The translations under genes were made by a program, and so were the position numbers. A stretch of DNA of 64,000 nt from Antedon mediterranea. Its lineage: Eukaryota; Animalia; Echinodermata. Location: the NCBI RefSeq assembly GCF_964355755.1, contig NC_092673.1, positions 4,340,001 through 4,404,000 of the forward strand, in the 5' to 3' direction. This document shows, piece by piece, positions 24,641 to 36,523 of this stretch. Each line of letters starts with the position of its first letter. The first letter of the stretch is position 1. Under the pieces are notes generated by a model, which saw only the letters and a list, made by a program, of their open reading frames with translations, had not been told where the DNA came from and ran no database searches.

Positions 24641-27600
24641 ATGGCAGGTGTAGATACACAGTTGCCTTTGCTGACAGAAGTATTTCGACCCTACTTGATT
24701 GAAAACCTAAAGTTCTCGACGATAATGGCTGACATGGTTTCATTTTTAGACGGCAGTGTCGGTGCAGTAGGTAAGCCAACATGGTAGGCCCTTCAATGTT
24801 TACGTTGTGTAGTATATAGGCCTAGGCCTAGCTCTAAAATTATGATATCTTTCTATGAATCCTAGTAATGGTTTCTACATTACTAGTCGTTGAGTAAGGG
24901 TAGGCTATGATCCTGCTACAAACACATGATAAAAAACCAAGACAAAAATACAACAGAAATTTCCAGTATGACTCATTATCTGGAAATCCCAGTCAGGTCC
25001 ACTTCAGGAAACTTTACAGTTGTATTGCTTTATTGTGTTTTTAAGTGGAACATATCATTACTTTTGAATACTAAAACGAAATAAAAAATATTATTTATTA
25101 TTATTTTATAATGAATACAGAATTATTTGGAATTATGACGAAGGAACGAGAAGAAGGAGCTCCAGCAGCTATGGATGCATTCCTTGATTTGTTGGAGAAG
25201 AAGTCCATTCCAGGATCATATTCACGTTTCATCAATGCACTTAGAAATATGGAAGGTAGCCTACAATTACTTTCAGAAAGTTAGATGTGTTTGTTATCGC
25301 ATTATCATAATGCATACAAAATATTTTCAGAAAATTAGATATGTTTGTTATAGCATTATCATAATGCATACAAATACACCTTTGTATGCCAGCCCAAAAT
25401 ATCTTCATTTTCATGGTGGATTTTTAAATGGATCTGCTGTTTTATGTTAAAGATGTAACACAAAAAATTAATTAATAAAATCAAACTTTGAATCTGTCAT
25501 TTTGTGGTTTTATCAAGTTATTCACTTATGAAAAAAAAATAAACTGTTAACCAAAACACATTGTCTAACAGACAGTTTTACTAATTGTTTTAGATAAATA
25601 ATTTTTTTTTGGATCCAATTTTTGGTTAAAGTTAATAACTATTATGTGACATTAAAATGACATATTCAACAAAAAATTGTAAACTTTTTTTCAGGGTGAC
25701 AATACATCTTTAACATAATAATTGTATTGTGTTCCTCTGGCCTATACCCCCCCCCCCTCCCCATCCAACCTTATTGAATCTGCTCCTCATTGTGTTGTTT
25801 CCTATAATTTAGATGAAAAGGTAAAACACATTGCTGATTGGATTGAAGGCATCAATCTAGAAAATCTAGACACAATTGAAGAACAAAAGCATATTGTACG
25901 AGCATTTGCACCAAAGCTGCAGGATGTGCAAACAGGCTTGCTCATCCCCCATTTGCAGTGCCTAGGCCGCCAGGATGTTGAGCTTCTGAGGGCAGATGTA
26001 CAAAATAAGGGTGACTGCTATGCTGCTATTACGTTGATGCTTACTATAACAACAAAACAACCTGGATGGTTTACGGAGCTTGTGAATGCCCTCCGAAAAG
26101 TTGAACGCCATGAACTAGCAGATCTTCTTGATCCACCAGAAGGTTAAAATATTATTTTTTTGCTTTGTGTGCCATGACACTGTTATCCCCAGAATTAAAG
26201 AAAGAAATAATAATATGACTAGCAAGTTGTAATAATTATATTTTTATTCACAATTTTAAAAAATTCCAAATTATAACAAGCAATTTACAATTAAGTAATA
26301 CTATAAAAAGAACTGTTTCACAGATTGAAATTTATTATAAGTATGAGATTGATGTTTCTGTGAATATACTTTTCAAAATATTTTGTTGCATATACTATCA
26401 TAAAACTTAATTGACAGTTATTTTAATTTTTGCAGATCATATATCAGAAATTTTACCACCGAATATTGAGGAAAATCCAGGTAAAGCATCTATTATCATT
26501 TTACATTTCAATACTGACTCGAATTTAAGCCCACTTTCAGGTTTAAACTCACCCCTAGCCCATCAAAATATTTGTTTAATTTTCATGTGCAATTTTATAG
26601 CTTATCTCCTAGACTGACAAAATAATACAATAATTTTATTTTAATTGATTAATGAAATGCTAATAAGAACAATGTAAATGAAACACAACACTAAAGAAAG
26701 AGAGAGAAAGTTCCAGAGGGCACACTAACAAATAAATATGATGGTTAGTTTTTAGATTGTTAGTTATCAAATTATATTGGAAATCGTTGTTCTTTTTGAT
26801 ATAGCAGAGGTTTGTCAAGAGACAGATGCCCCTCAGGAGCTTCAAGCTAATGCTGAGATTAAGCCTCAGGGTAATCCTCAAGATATTCCTCAGGATAATC
26901 CTCAAAATAATCCTCAGGAGCCTGAAGAAATTGAAGAGATTGAGCTTCGAGAATATCAAAAAGAACTCGCACAGCCTGCTATTGAAGGGCATAATACGGT
27001 GGTGGTTGCGCCTGCTGGGTCAGGTAAAACGGTTGTTGGAGTTTTTATTGCCAACGATCATCTTAATAGAGAAAAGGGTGCCTCAAATGGTAAACCAAAA
27101 AAAGTTGCTTTTCTTGTAAACAAGGTAAGTTTCAATAAAAATTATTGATTATGTGTTTGAATCAAAATATATTTGGGTATATCACAACCATATTTGGGCA
27201 CATCACACATTTTTTGTCAAACTAGTTTTTTATAGTGTAGACAGAGCTTAAGACTACATTATAAAAGGCGGACAATCGTGCATGCTAGTATGGACATCAA
27301 CAAATATTCAATACAATAAGTCTAAAAAACTAATAAATTTAATACATTACAGGTTCCTCTTGTGAAACAACAACAAGACCAGTTTAAAAAATACATGGCA
27401 TCGAGCAAAGTGATTGGCGTGAGCGGTGAAATGGGAAGTATGACGATGGAGGTCAAAGAACTTCTGAAGGACCGCGACGTGATCGTGATGACGGCGCAGA
27501 TTCTGGTGAACGCACTCAACAATACGGACAGTAATCAACAGAGACTGGATATATCTGATTTCAGCATGATTATCATGGATGAATGTCATCGTTGTCAGGT

Positions 27601-30600
27601 TTGAAGTTCAAAGTTCAATTGTCACATGGTTATGATGCAATATTTTTTAGATTAATTTGAAAAACAATATGAGTTAAGTCTCAATCCTTGTGTAATAAAT
27701 GGGTATTTTCTGTTAACAAACTTAAATTCTATAAAGAGACATAAATGAAGTTATATAATTATAGTTTCTGCAGAGGTAGTTTTATTTTTTGCTAAAACAG
27801 CTCAGTACACTCGGTCAACATGTAACTATTATTCCTTACAGAAAGGTGACCCATACAATGTTATAATGTCAAAATACAGAGACATGAAGATAGATTCGCC
27901 TGACAAATCAAGACCACAGGTATGTATAGGTGGCTTTAGTCGTTCTGTATCAATAACATACAACAACTTTTATTGCAGATATCACCATTCAAATCAACTT
28001 TCATCTTGTACTGATAAAATAATCATTTTGTTTCTCTTACAGATTGTTGGGTTGACTGCCGGTTTAGGGGTTGGCCAAGCACAATCCTCTTACAAAGCAG
28101 AGTCCCACATTCTTATGATATGTGGCAATATGGATGTACATAAGATTTCTATTGTAGAGAAAAACTTGGACGAACTCAACGAACATGTGAACATACCCAC
28201 TGAGGGTAAGTATTGAGAGAACCAGTTGTGTAATGCAGGGCTCCTGGCTAAGCACCCTTAAGGGGTCCTCCAACACTGGGAGTGCATTTGGCTGCTCATG
28301 CTCTAGGCCCTTAATATATGGGTTTAATCAGTGAGCGATTAGCCATTACGTCACTGCTAAGAGGCCCTCCAACACTGGCACTGCTCATGCTTTGGGACCT
28401 CTTTAGCTCTGAGGCACCTGTTCCTGAGTGTATAAATGCATGCACATGTGTACACAACAAAATGGAACTCAGATAATCTTTTGATGATGTGAACGTTAAC
28501 TAATGGCAATAAAGAATTTGGTAATGATTTTGGAAACAATGTTAATTAACTATTATCACTTCTTTTATTGTTTATAGAAACAATCCTTGTTGCTAGGCAC
28601 CAAGATGATAAATTTGCAGAAGTTGTAAATTCAATCATGGCAAAAATTGAAATGATTATAATGGAATCAGAAGGTAATGGTGTAATAGCCAGAGCAAACT
28701 ATAGTATTGTGATAGCTTTTCTGACTACCCAAGTTTCAGAATTATGTTACAGAAGTGATAAGGATAACAAAAAATAACAAATAGATAGACCTTGGGCATG
28801 ATGATGACTATGATTGAACTTTTATTTTTGTTATTTTTTAATTTATTTCATATGCATCATCGAGCAACAGAATGCCAATAAACTCTTTTATTTTATAATT
28901 TATCATGCTTATAAACTCTAAACTAAAAGTCTCATATCATGTCCTTTTTCATTCACAGGATGGAAACGTTTACAAAAACTAGACAGAAACGAGCTGAAAT
29001 GTCCAAACACGAGGGGAACACAACCCTATGAACAATGGGTTGTTAAGGTGAAGGATACGAGTGCAAAAGTTCTTACAGATAATGACATGAGACGCGTCAT
29101 TGTAGCATGCACTAACCATTTACGGGTAGGGGTTGTTAAGTTTTTTTTATTACATTCTACTGCAATGTTAGGAATTACAAAAATAAAAAATTTTAAATAC
29201 CTTAAATGACTATATGAATATTCTGTGTTAAAACCTTGGTGTGGGTGGCTTTTTTCATTTGCAAAGATTTCCTTATTTTCACTGTTTATAAATTAATTAA
29301 TAATTTCAAGTATATCACTAGGCATTTTAGAGTTTACCTATGGCTGTCAAATTTCTAATACTGTACTTCTAGATATAACCTTTTATATTAATATACTGTA
29401 TAAACATCACAGAAACAGAATAAATATGGGTGAATGATTTGAAAGAGAAGAATGTAAAATTAACTCTTTTCTATTATTTTTAATTAGGAATACAACAATG
29501 CTCTATTTATAAATCATGCTGCAAGACCTAAAGATGGACTCACTTATCTGCAGAAGTTCTTTGAAAATGAAAACGATAAGTTGGACACATTTACTAAAAC
29601 TGAAAACCAACTGCATACATTTTTTACAGGTGAGTTAAGTATGTATTGGTACAGCTGGGACGTTTGTCTATCATTGTCGATAGATGAATGAGATAACTGG
29701 TCTCTTAGAAAAAGTTAGTCTGTGCGTAATTCATGTCGAAGTTTAATATATTCTTCTACATGTATATTGTATTAAAAATGTATTTTGACAAGTTAAGTTG
29801 TATAGAGAAAGAATACATATATACACTTGCAGGCATAGAAAAACTCAGTGATATATTGGCAATTAATTTATAAATTGTGACGAAATCTGTCAGGATGATA
29901 AAATTTGCTTCAAAAGTATTACAAGTGTGACTCGTCAACACGGTTCTTTTAATTCAACTACTGTTTTATTACTTCACCGAGCGTAACGTAGTTTGCATAA
30001 TTTGCAAATAACAAACAAATATAATTAGCATATTAACAGAACATATGTGACATCTTTCCTTTTCTAACAAAATAAATTTCTAAAGTTTAATTTTTATTTT
30101 TTTTAAAAATTAATATCAAAAGTAAATTAGACACGATATATCACATTCTCATAAATAAATAATATTACTTTTCCTTAAACATAAATTGTTTCTTAGATCA
30201 CATTCATATGTTTCAAATTGTTTCTTAGATCACATTCATATGTTTCATACATTATAGGATGGTTTGAAAATAAACATGATATCTGCAAAATAACCATAAA
30301 ATGAAGTTAATTATTGATACATTTATTTATAATCCAATCGATCCGGTGGACGACTAACACGATCACTTCTACGTAAGGGTGGTGCTCCCGGTACCTTCTG
30401 CAAAGTTGGTACGCCCTTCTGCAAAGTATCCGGTTGTTGAGTGTTTAATAAATGTTGTCGATTCCGTCTGTACGACGTTCCATCTTCGGTCATCACTACA
30501 TATGAACGGGGTAGCTCATGTTCCTTAGCCACAACAGCAGGTTCCCATTGCCGTCCTTTCAATATTCTCACGTTGTCCCCTTTTCTTAGTTTCGTCAATA

Positions 30601-33600
30601 CACGTGTACCACGATCATAATATTTTGTCATAGACTGTTGACGTGACTGAAGGAAATCTCTAGCTCCGACAATAACTTGTGGTTGCAGCAATGTATGTGT
30701 GATTGGAAGTGTTGACCTTAACTTTCTGCTCATCAACAACTGAGCAGGAGAACAATTCAACCCTGCAATTGGTGAATCACGATAGTCTAGTAGAGCAAGA
30801 TGAAAATCGCTTCCCTCATCAACGGACTTCCTCATGAGTTGCTTAATGGTTTGGACGAAACGTTCAACTTGCCCATTACTTCTGGCATATGTCGGACTGG
30901 ACGTCACTAAATCGAACCCCCACTGGTTAGCAAACTGTTTGAACTCGTAGCTGGCGAACGGCATGTTATCAGTCATTACTATTTCAGGGATGCCATGTCT
31001 TGAGAATATAGATTTCAATTTTTTGATGATTTCTCCAGCCGTTTTGCTAGTGAGTGTCACTACTTCCGGGTATTTGGAAAAATAGTCAACTACAATAAGA
31101 TGATCTCTGCCAGCGAATGTAAATATATCCGCGCCCAGCTTAGCCCATGGTCTCATAGGAACCTTATGTGGAATCATCGGCTCCCGTTGATTTCTACGCA
31201 TGAACTTTACACAAACAGGGCACCTTGACACTACTGATTCTATATCGTTGGTCATACCTGGCCAATACAAAATAGACCTGGCCCTCGCCTTACACTTCTC
31301 CATCCCAAGGTGACTTTCATGAATTTTATTCAGCATATCTGCTCTCATTTGGCTAGGAACAATCAACTTCTCACCTAAAAACACAAGACCATCAATTTCA
31401 TGTATCTCATCACGAAGATGCCAATACTGCCTAACTTGCTCCGGTGCACCCCATCTATGTTTAGGCCACCCGCTTTTGCATGTTAGAATTAGAATTTGGA
31501 GTACCACATCTGCCTGTGTAGCTCGTATTGCTTCTTCAATTTTTGCTTTACTCATGGGCAATATTTCGTCTAGACTATGCACCCTATATTTCAACTGTTC
31601 AAGGGGTTGGGCATCACGATCAACCTTATCAGGATATGCTCTGCTGAGAGCATCAGCTATGTACATGTACTTTCCAGGAACATACTTAACATCAAGCTCA
31701 TACTTTATCAATTTGAGCAGCATTTGTTGTATTCTAGGACTAGCTTTATGGAGTGGTTTACGTGTGATTGTTTCGAGTGGTTTATGGTCAGTGTGAACTT
31801 CAACAGCTCGGCCATATACATATTGGTGGTATTTGTGTATAGAAAAGCAGATCGCCAACATCTCCTTCTCAATTTGTGAGTAATTAACTTCAGCTGATGT
31901 TAACGACCTAGAGGCAAACGCAACCGGATGACCCTCTTGAATCAAACAGCTTCCGAGCCCTGTGGATGATGCATCACATTGGATAATGGTTGGCTTCTGT
32001 GGATCAAAGAAACTTAAGACTGGTTTGCTACTAATCAACGCCTTTAACTGCCTCAGGGATTCTGCTTGTTCTGGACCCCAAAACCACGCAACATCTTTCT
32101 TGAGCAATTCCCGGAGAGGTGCACTCACATTGGACATATTAGGTATGAATTGTGAAAGATAATTAAGCATTCCCATTATACGTTGCAAGTCAGATTTACA
32201 TTGTGGGTCAGGCATTTCTTTGATAACTCTAACCTTTTCTTCGTCTGGTTTCTGTCCATCGGCACTCACCACGTTTCCCATGAACACCAATTCAGACTGT
32301 TTATACTTAAGCTTGCTTCCATTGAATTTGGCATTGTTCGCTCTGGCCGTATCCATCACCCTCTGTACTGTTGCATTATGCTCTGCTTCACTACCTGTAG
32401 CTATAATCATATCATCAGATATTATGTGTACGTTAGGTATATGACCAAATATTTGCTGGTTTTGCTTCTGTAGCACCTCACTAGCACTGCAGATACCAAA
32501 TGGCATTCTTAGAAAACTGTATCGTCCAAAGGGAGTATTGAATGTACATATATCTGCGCTAGCGTCAGTAAGAGGAACTTGCCAGTACGCATCTTTCTGG
32601 TCAAAGACAGTGAAAAGTGTTTTACCCGACAGCTGACTCACTACGTCCTTACCGGTCGGTATCATATGATGTTCACGTCTAATGGCTTTGTTCAAATCAC
32701 GTGGATCCAAACACAACCTCAAGGATCCGTCTCGTTTCTCCACTATCACTAGGCTGTTGACCCAATCTGTTGGTTTGTCGGTCCGTTTAATCACGCCCCT
32801 CTTCTCCATATCGTCAAGTTTTTCTTTCAGCTTGGTATGCAGACTAAGTGGCACCCTGCGGGGTGGATGGACTACTGGAGAAACACCACTTTTCAACTTG
32901 ATGTCATAAGGATCTTGATATTTACCTAAACCTGTAAATACATCACGATTCTCTCGAATCAAAGAATCTTTAGTTAGTGCATGTACATATTTATTATTTA
33001 TCACATTATCACTACACATCATATTGTTACCACGTTTGATCAGACCAAGCTCCCTACAGGCTTTCAATCCAAGTATAGGTGGACCATCAACATTAGTAAT
33101 AAAGAAGTCATAATCATTTTGGATGTTATCAACTTTTACATTTAGAGTAACTTTACCAATATGTTTTACAATTTCATCACTATAACTATATAGGTTAGTT
33201 TTAGAATGATATACTTTAATGTTCTTATGTCCTGGTAACTTTCTAAATGTTTCCAGTGGTATGCAGTTAACACCTGCTCCTGTGTCAAGCTTCATCTTTA
33301 ACACATTACCTCCCACAAACACATCATAGAACCAAGCGTTCTTGTCATCATTATCTCTTAGAGTGTCAATATAAAAGAACTCATTTTTATCTTTAACAGT
33401 TAAAGTGTCAATGTATAAGTCATTAGGATCACTTACACCTTCGGCAATAATATACTGTTCATCCATTGTATGTACAGCTCTTCCACGACCGCGTCCTCTG
33501 GAAAAACGTTTGGTGCACACAGACTGAAAATGATTCAAACCCTTACACCCGTAGCATGTTTTACCATAAGCTGGACACTGACGAGGTAGATGTGAAGAAC

Positions 33601-36068
33601 CGCACCTGCTACATTTAATTTTGGCTGCATCCGTAAACTGATGATTCTGTTGACCACTAACCCTTGGCGTCTGTTTATGTGATTTGGTTCTTCTCAATGC
33701 ATGAACCTTCGGCTTATAATCACTTGCAACACCGGCCATTTCAAGCTCGCGTCTAGAACTCTCAAAAGTTCTCATTCGGTGTATCACAGTATCAAGTGTA
33801 GCGTTGCCATCATCGCCCATAACTTTCATTTTCATCACTGGATTTGTTACACTGAAGAAAAGCTTATCACGAATCGTACCGTCTTGATCCACAAATTTAC
33901 AATTCACCGCCATTGTTCTTAAGTCATTCACAAACTCATCCAAACCCTGACCTTCGGGTCGTTCATATTGCCAATATTGCGCTCGTAACGCCATTATCGG
34001 GTCCCGTTTATTACAGTATTCATCATACTTTGACATTACTGTATCAAAATCATTATTGTCCTCTGCTGGGACATAATCTTCCTGACCCGGTTCGCCTACA
34101 AGATCAGTGAACGTAAAGTTGTTGTAAATATCTAAGCCACGCCCTTCCAGCGTAGTAATTAAAATTGCTACCTTTATTTCACCACTTTTACGTGCACTGC
34201 CAGTCACTTTCAGAAAGAATGTAAATCTCTGTTTCCACCTTTTCCAAGCAGCAGACACACTAGGACCATCAAAATCGAAGGGTGGAGGCGGCTTAAATTT
34301 CAACGATTCCATTTTGAGTGAATTTCCACTATTCTGACACCATATTACAAGTGTGACTCGTCAACACGGTTCTTTTAATTCAACTACTGTTTTATTACTT
34401 CACCGAGCGTAACGTAGTTTGCATAATTTGCAAATAACAAACAAATATAATTAGCATATTAACAGAACATATGTGACAAAAAGGGTTTTGAAGACGAAAT
34501 CATGGGGCTTTCATGTTGTGATTCAAATTTGATTGGATAGAGTACAGAGTTGATGGTACAATTTGATTTTGTTTTCCTCAGCTGTAGAGGAACAGTTGCA
34601 GCTAATTGTGGAAGATCCGGCCAACTGCAATCCTCTTCTGGAGAAGTTAGGCAGCACAATGAAAGATGCTTACAACTTGAAACCAGATTCTTGTGGCATT
34701 CTTTTCACCACTACAAGATCATCGACAGAAGCTCTGAAGGCTTGGATTGAGGAGTCCAAAGATCTGAAGCACTTGAATCCTGGTATTCTTATTGGTGGTG
34801 GTGGCAGTGGAGGTACAGTACAGTTATTTTAGCATTACTGTATTAATATCGCTATAATCATCAGTGTTTTAATTTGTTTCTTCTTTCCGTAAATTAATAA
34901 AATAAATATTTCTTTAAGGAATGACCCAGTCACAACAAGTCGATTTGCTGAATATGTTTAAGGAGAAAAAACACAAATTAATCGTAGCAACATCAGTAGC
35001 TGAAGAAGGCATTGACATCCAAGCCTGTAACCTTGTCTTTCGTTATAACTACTTCTCTAACACCATTGGACGAATTCAAGCAAGAGGTTCGTTTTATCAA
35101 ATTTATTAAAACAATTGATAGATTCTTGAAAATGATAAACTAAACGTTTTCGCAATCATTTTATTGTATCTGAAATTATTCAGTGGATATTTTGGTATCC
35201 GATATATATCTTAAGCCCTGTCTACACTGTCAAATTTTATGTGACAAAAAAAACATGATGTGCTCATATATGGACATGGTGTCATATCACTACCATATTT
35301 ATGCACATCACACTTTTTTGTCAGACTAGTTTGATAGCATAGACAGAGCTTTAGATAGTATAGTTTTATGTATACAAGAAATGTTCAGCTTTTTTTTGAT
35401 AATAAACAATAATGAATTTATTTTCAGGACGTAACCGAGCAGCCTTCGGCCGTTTTTTCCTGATAGCGTCAACAGACTCTGGTTTGGGTGATTTAGAGCA
35501 GATGAATAAGATTCGTGAGGGTATGATGAACACCGCAACAAGAGCAATCAAAGCGTTGGAAGAAAAGGATTTCCTGGAGAAAATCGCCAAGTATCAACGT
35601 ACGGATAAAGCCGAGAGACGAATGAGAGAAAAGGGGAAAATGGAAAGAAAAAAGGAGCATTGTGATGTAGAAATTAAGTTAACTTGTTTACAATGTGGAC
35701 TGGTGGCGTGCAGTAATTCAGACATACGCAAAATAAAAAACGCCCACCATGCCGTTGTAAGCGACACAATGGCCGGTCGATACAAAAAGGTTCCAAATCC
35801 GAAAAAGTCAAAGCGTATAAATGACCTGGAATTTTTGGAAAAGGTAGTGTGTGTAAAATGTGGTGCAGAATGGGGATGCATGTTAAAATATTGTGGCCAC
35901 TTTTTCCCGGTGTTGACCATTAAAGCGTTTATTGTTAATTATGGTCAAGGAAAACCAATAGGCAAATACAAGCAGTGGTCTTTGGTTCCGTTCTCAGTCC
36001 AAGATTTTTCAATTGAGGATGATATTGAAAAACAAATTAACAAAGAAAGTGGAGGATCAGAAATTTAA
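24641..36068 (+). CDS. DDX58: RIG-I-like receptor (tandem CARD/death-fold, DExD/H helicase, C-terminal Zn regulatory domain; ~963 aa, 14 exons)
   Basis: Exons 24641-24770, 25121-25255, 25813-26142, 26436-26480, 26805-27124, 27353-27598, 27842-27919, 28043-28205, 28578-28673, 28959-29125, 29488-29629, 34582-34812, 34919-35086, 35428-36068 total 2892 nt in frame. Motifs LREYQKELA, APAGSGKT, FLVNKVPLVKQQ, MDECH, GTQPYEQWV, EYNNAL, ATSVAEEGIDIQACNLV, QARGR; CTD CLQC..CVKCGAEWG; CARD-like PGWFTELVNALR. RIG-I versus MDA5 orthology is not resolved by eye. Confidence 0.92.
25451..25709. mobile_element. Degenerate Kolobok-like element
   Basis: TTAA|AGATGTA...GACAATACATCT|TTAA; interior resembles 21675-21975. 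Confidence 0.6.
29917..30052 (-). repeat. 3' LTR (136 bp)
   Basis: Identical to 34343-34478; PPT at 30053-30065. Confidence 0.95.
30323..34312 (-). CDS. Gypsy Gag-Pol polyprotein (1329 aa)
   Basis: Gag knuckles CSRCGSSHLPRQC and CYGCKGLNHFQSVC; protease KLDTGA; RT LRLCLDPRDLN..YWQV..RMPFG..ISDD; RNase H QCDAS; integrase HESHLG..CPVC, IVVDYFSK, TDN, SNGQVER. Confidence 0.97.
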   Translation of the reverse strand: MESLKFKPPPPFDFDGPSVSAAWKRWKQRFTFFLKVTGSARKSGEIKVAILITTLEGRGLDIYNNFTFTDLVGEPGQEDYVPAEDNNDFDTVMSKYDEYCNKRDPIMALRAQYWQYERPEGQGLDEFVNDLRTMAVNCKFVDQDGTIRDKLFFSVTNPVMKMKVMGDDGNATLDTVIHRMRTFESSRRELEMAGVASDYKPKVHALRRTKSHKQTPRVSGQQNHQFTDAAKIKCSRCGSSHLPRQCPAYGKTCYGCKGLNHFQSVCTKRFSRGRGRGRAVHTMDEQYIIAEGVSDPNDLYIDTLTVKDKNEFFYIDTLRDNDDKNAWFYDVFVGGNVLKMKLDTGAGVNCIPLETFRKLPGHKNIKVYHSKTNLYSYSDEIVKHIGKVTLNVKVDNIQNDYDFFITNVDGPPILGLKACRELGLIKRGNNMMCSDNVINNKYVHALTKDSLIRENRDVFTGLGKYQDPYDIKLKSGVSPVVHPPRRVPLSLHTKLKEKLDDMEKRGVIKRTDKPTDWVNSLVIVEKRDGSLRLCLDPRDLNKAIRREHHMIPTGKDVVSQLSGKTLFTVFDQKDAYWQVPLTDASADICTFNTPFGRYSFLRMPFGICSASEVLQKQNQQIFGHIPNVHIISDDMIIATGSEAEHNATVQRVMDTARANNAKFNGSKLKYKQSELVFMGNVVSADGQKPDEEKVRVIKEMPDPQCKSDLQRIMGMLNYLSQFIPNMSNVSAPLRELLKKDVAWFWGPEQAESLRQLKALISSKPVLSFFDPQKPTIIQCDASSTGLGSCLIQEGHPVAFASRSLTSAEVNYSQIEKEMLAICFSIHKYHQYVYGRAVEVHTDHKPLETITRKPLHKASPRIQQMLLKLIKYELDVKYVPGKYMYIADALSRAYPDKVDRDAQPLEQLKYRVHSLDEILPMSKAKIEEAIRATQADVVLQILILTCKSGWPKHRWGAPEQVRQYWHLRDEIHEIDGLVFLGEKLIVPSQMRADMLNKIHESHLGMEKCKARARSILYWPGMTNDIESVVSRCPVCVKFMRRNQREPMIPHKVPMRPWAKLGADIFTFAGRDHLIVVDYFSKYPEVVTLTSKTAGEIIKKLKSIFSRHGIPEIVMTDNMPFASYEFKQFANQWGFDLVTSSPTYARSNGQVERFVQTIKQLMRKSVDEGSDFHLALLDYRDSPIAGLNCSPAQLLMSRKLRSTLPITHTLLQPQVIVGARDFLQSRQQSMTKYYDRGTRVLTKLRKGDNVRILKGRQWEPAVVAKEHELPRSYVVMTEDGTSYRRNRQHLLNTQQPDTLQKGVPTLQKVPGAPPLRRSDRVSRPPDRLDYK
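34343..34478 (-). repeat. 5' LTR (136 bp)
   Basis: TGTCACATATG...CTTGTAATA on the minus strand, followed immediately by a tRNA-Leu-type PBS TGGTGTCAGAA. Confidence 0.95.
35214..35350. mobile_element. PIF/Harbinger-type MITE family A in RLR intron 13
   Basis: TTA|AGCCCTGTCTACAC...TAGACAGAGCT|TTA. Confidence 0.8.
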
Positions 36069-36467
36069 TAGTACCATAGAATTACTATTCATGAGAGATA
36101 TGTACAGTACTATCCATGAGAATCTGAATTAAAATAACATTTTAAATGATTAATAGGCCTACATACAGTTACTCATCATTAAGACAATTTAAAAAAAATT
36201 GAATTTTTAAATTAAACAAAAATTTAATGAAGGACTGAGAACAAAACAAACTAATATTGTTTTCTATTGAATTTTAATATAAAATATGCATGTAATGTAT
36301 ATATATGATAATCTTTCTAGTATACGTATAATACTTATGCCAGGGAAGATTGAATTTGTTTATGTACAGTATATTTTATACTTTAAATTTTTTGTATAGA
36401 ATAATTATAAGCAGGGAAGAGAATTCACTTTTCCCTCTCTCTCTCGAAATATATATATATATAATTT

Positions 36468-36523
36468 AAAGTTTAACTTGCACTGATGAATGGCTAGTGT
36501 TGCCCGAAAGCTCTGCTAACTTT
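36468..36523 (+). ncRNA. Minimal type I hammerhead ribozyme motif (Penelope-type)
   Basis: AAAGTT-taactt-GCA CTGATGA A TGGC tagtgtt GCCC GAA AGCT C TGC t AACTTT: conserved core CUGAUGA/GAAA, helix II GGC/GCC, palindromic AGCU helix III, helix I GCA/UGC extended by AAAGUU/AACUUU. Confidence 0.7.

Larger units (their letters stand above)
29917..34478 (-). mobile_element. Full-length Ty3/Gypsy (Mag-clade) LTR retrotransposon in RLR intron 11
   Basis: Two identical 136-bp LTRs; 5-bp TSD AAAAG (29912-29916, 34479-34483); PBS TGGTGTCAGAA directly after the 5' LTR; PPT AGAAAAGGAAAGA before the 3' LTR; single intact gag-pol ORF. Confidence 0.97.

Noticed and set aside
31476-34110. Plus-strand ORFs overlapping gag-pol
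   Set aside because: Antisense shadow frames with no motifs.
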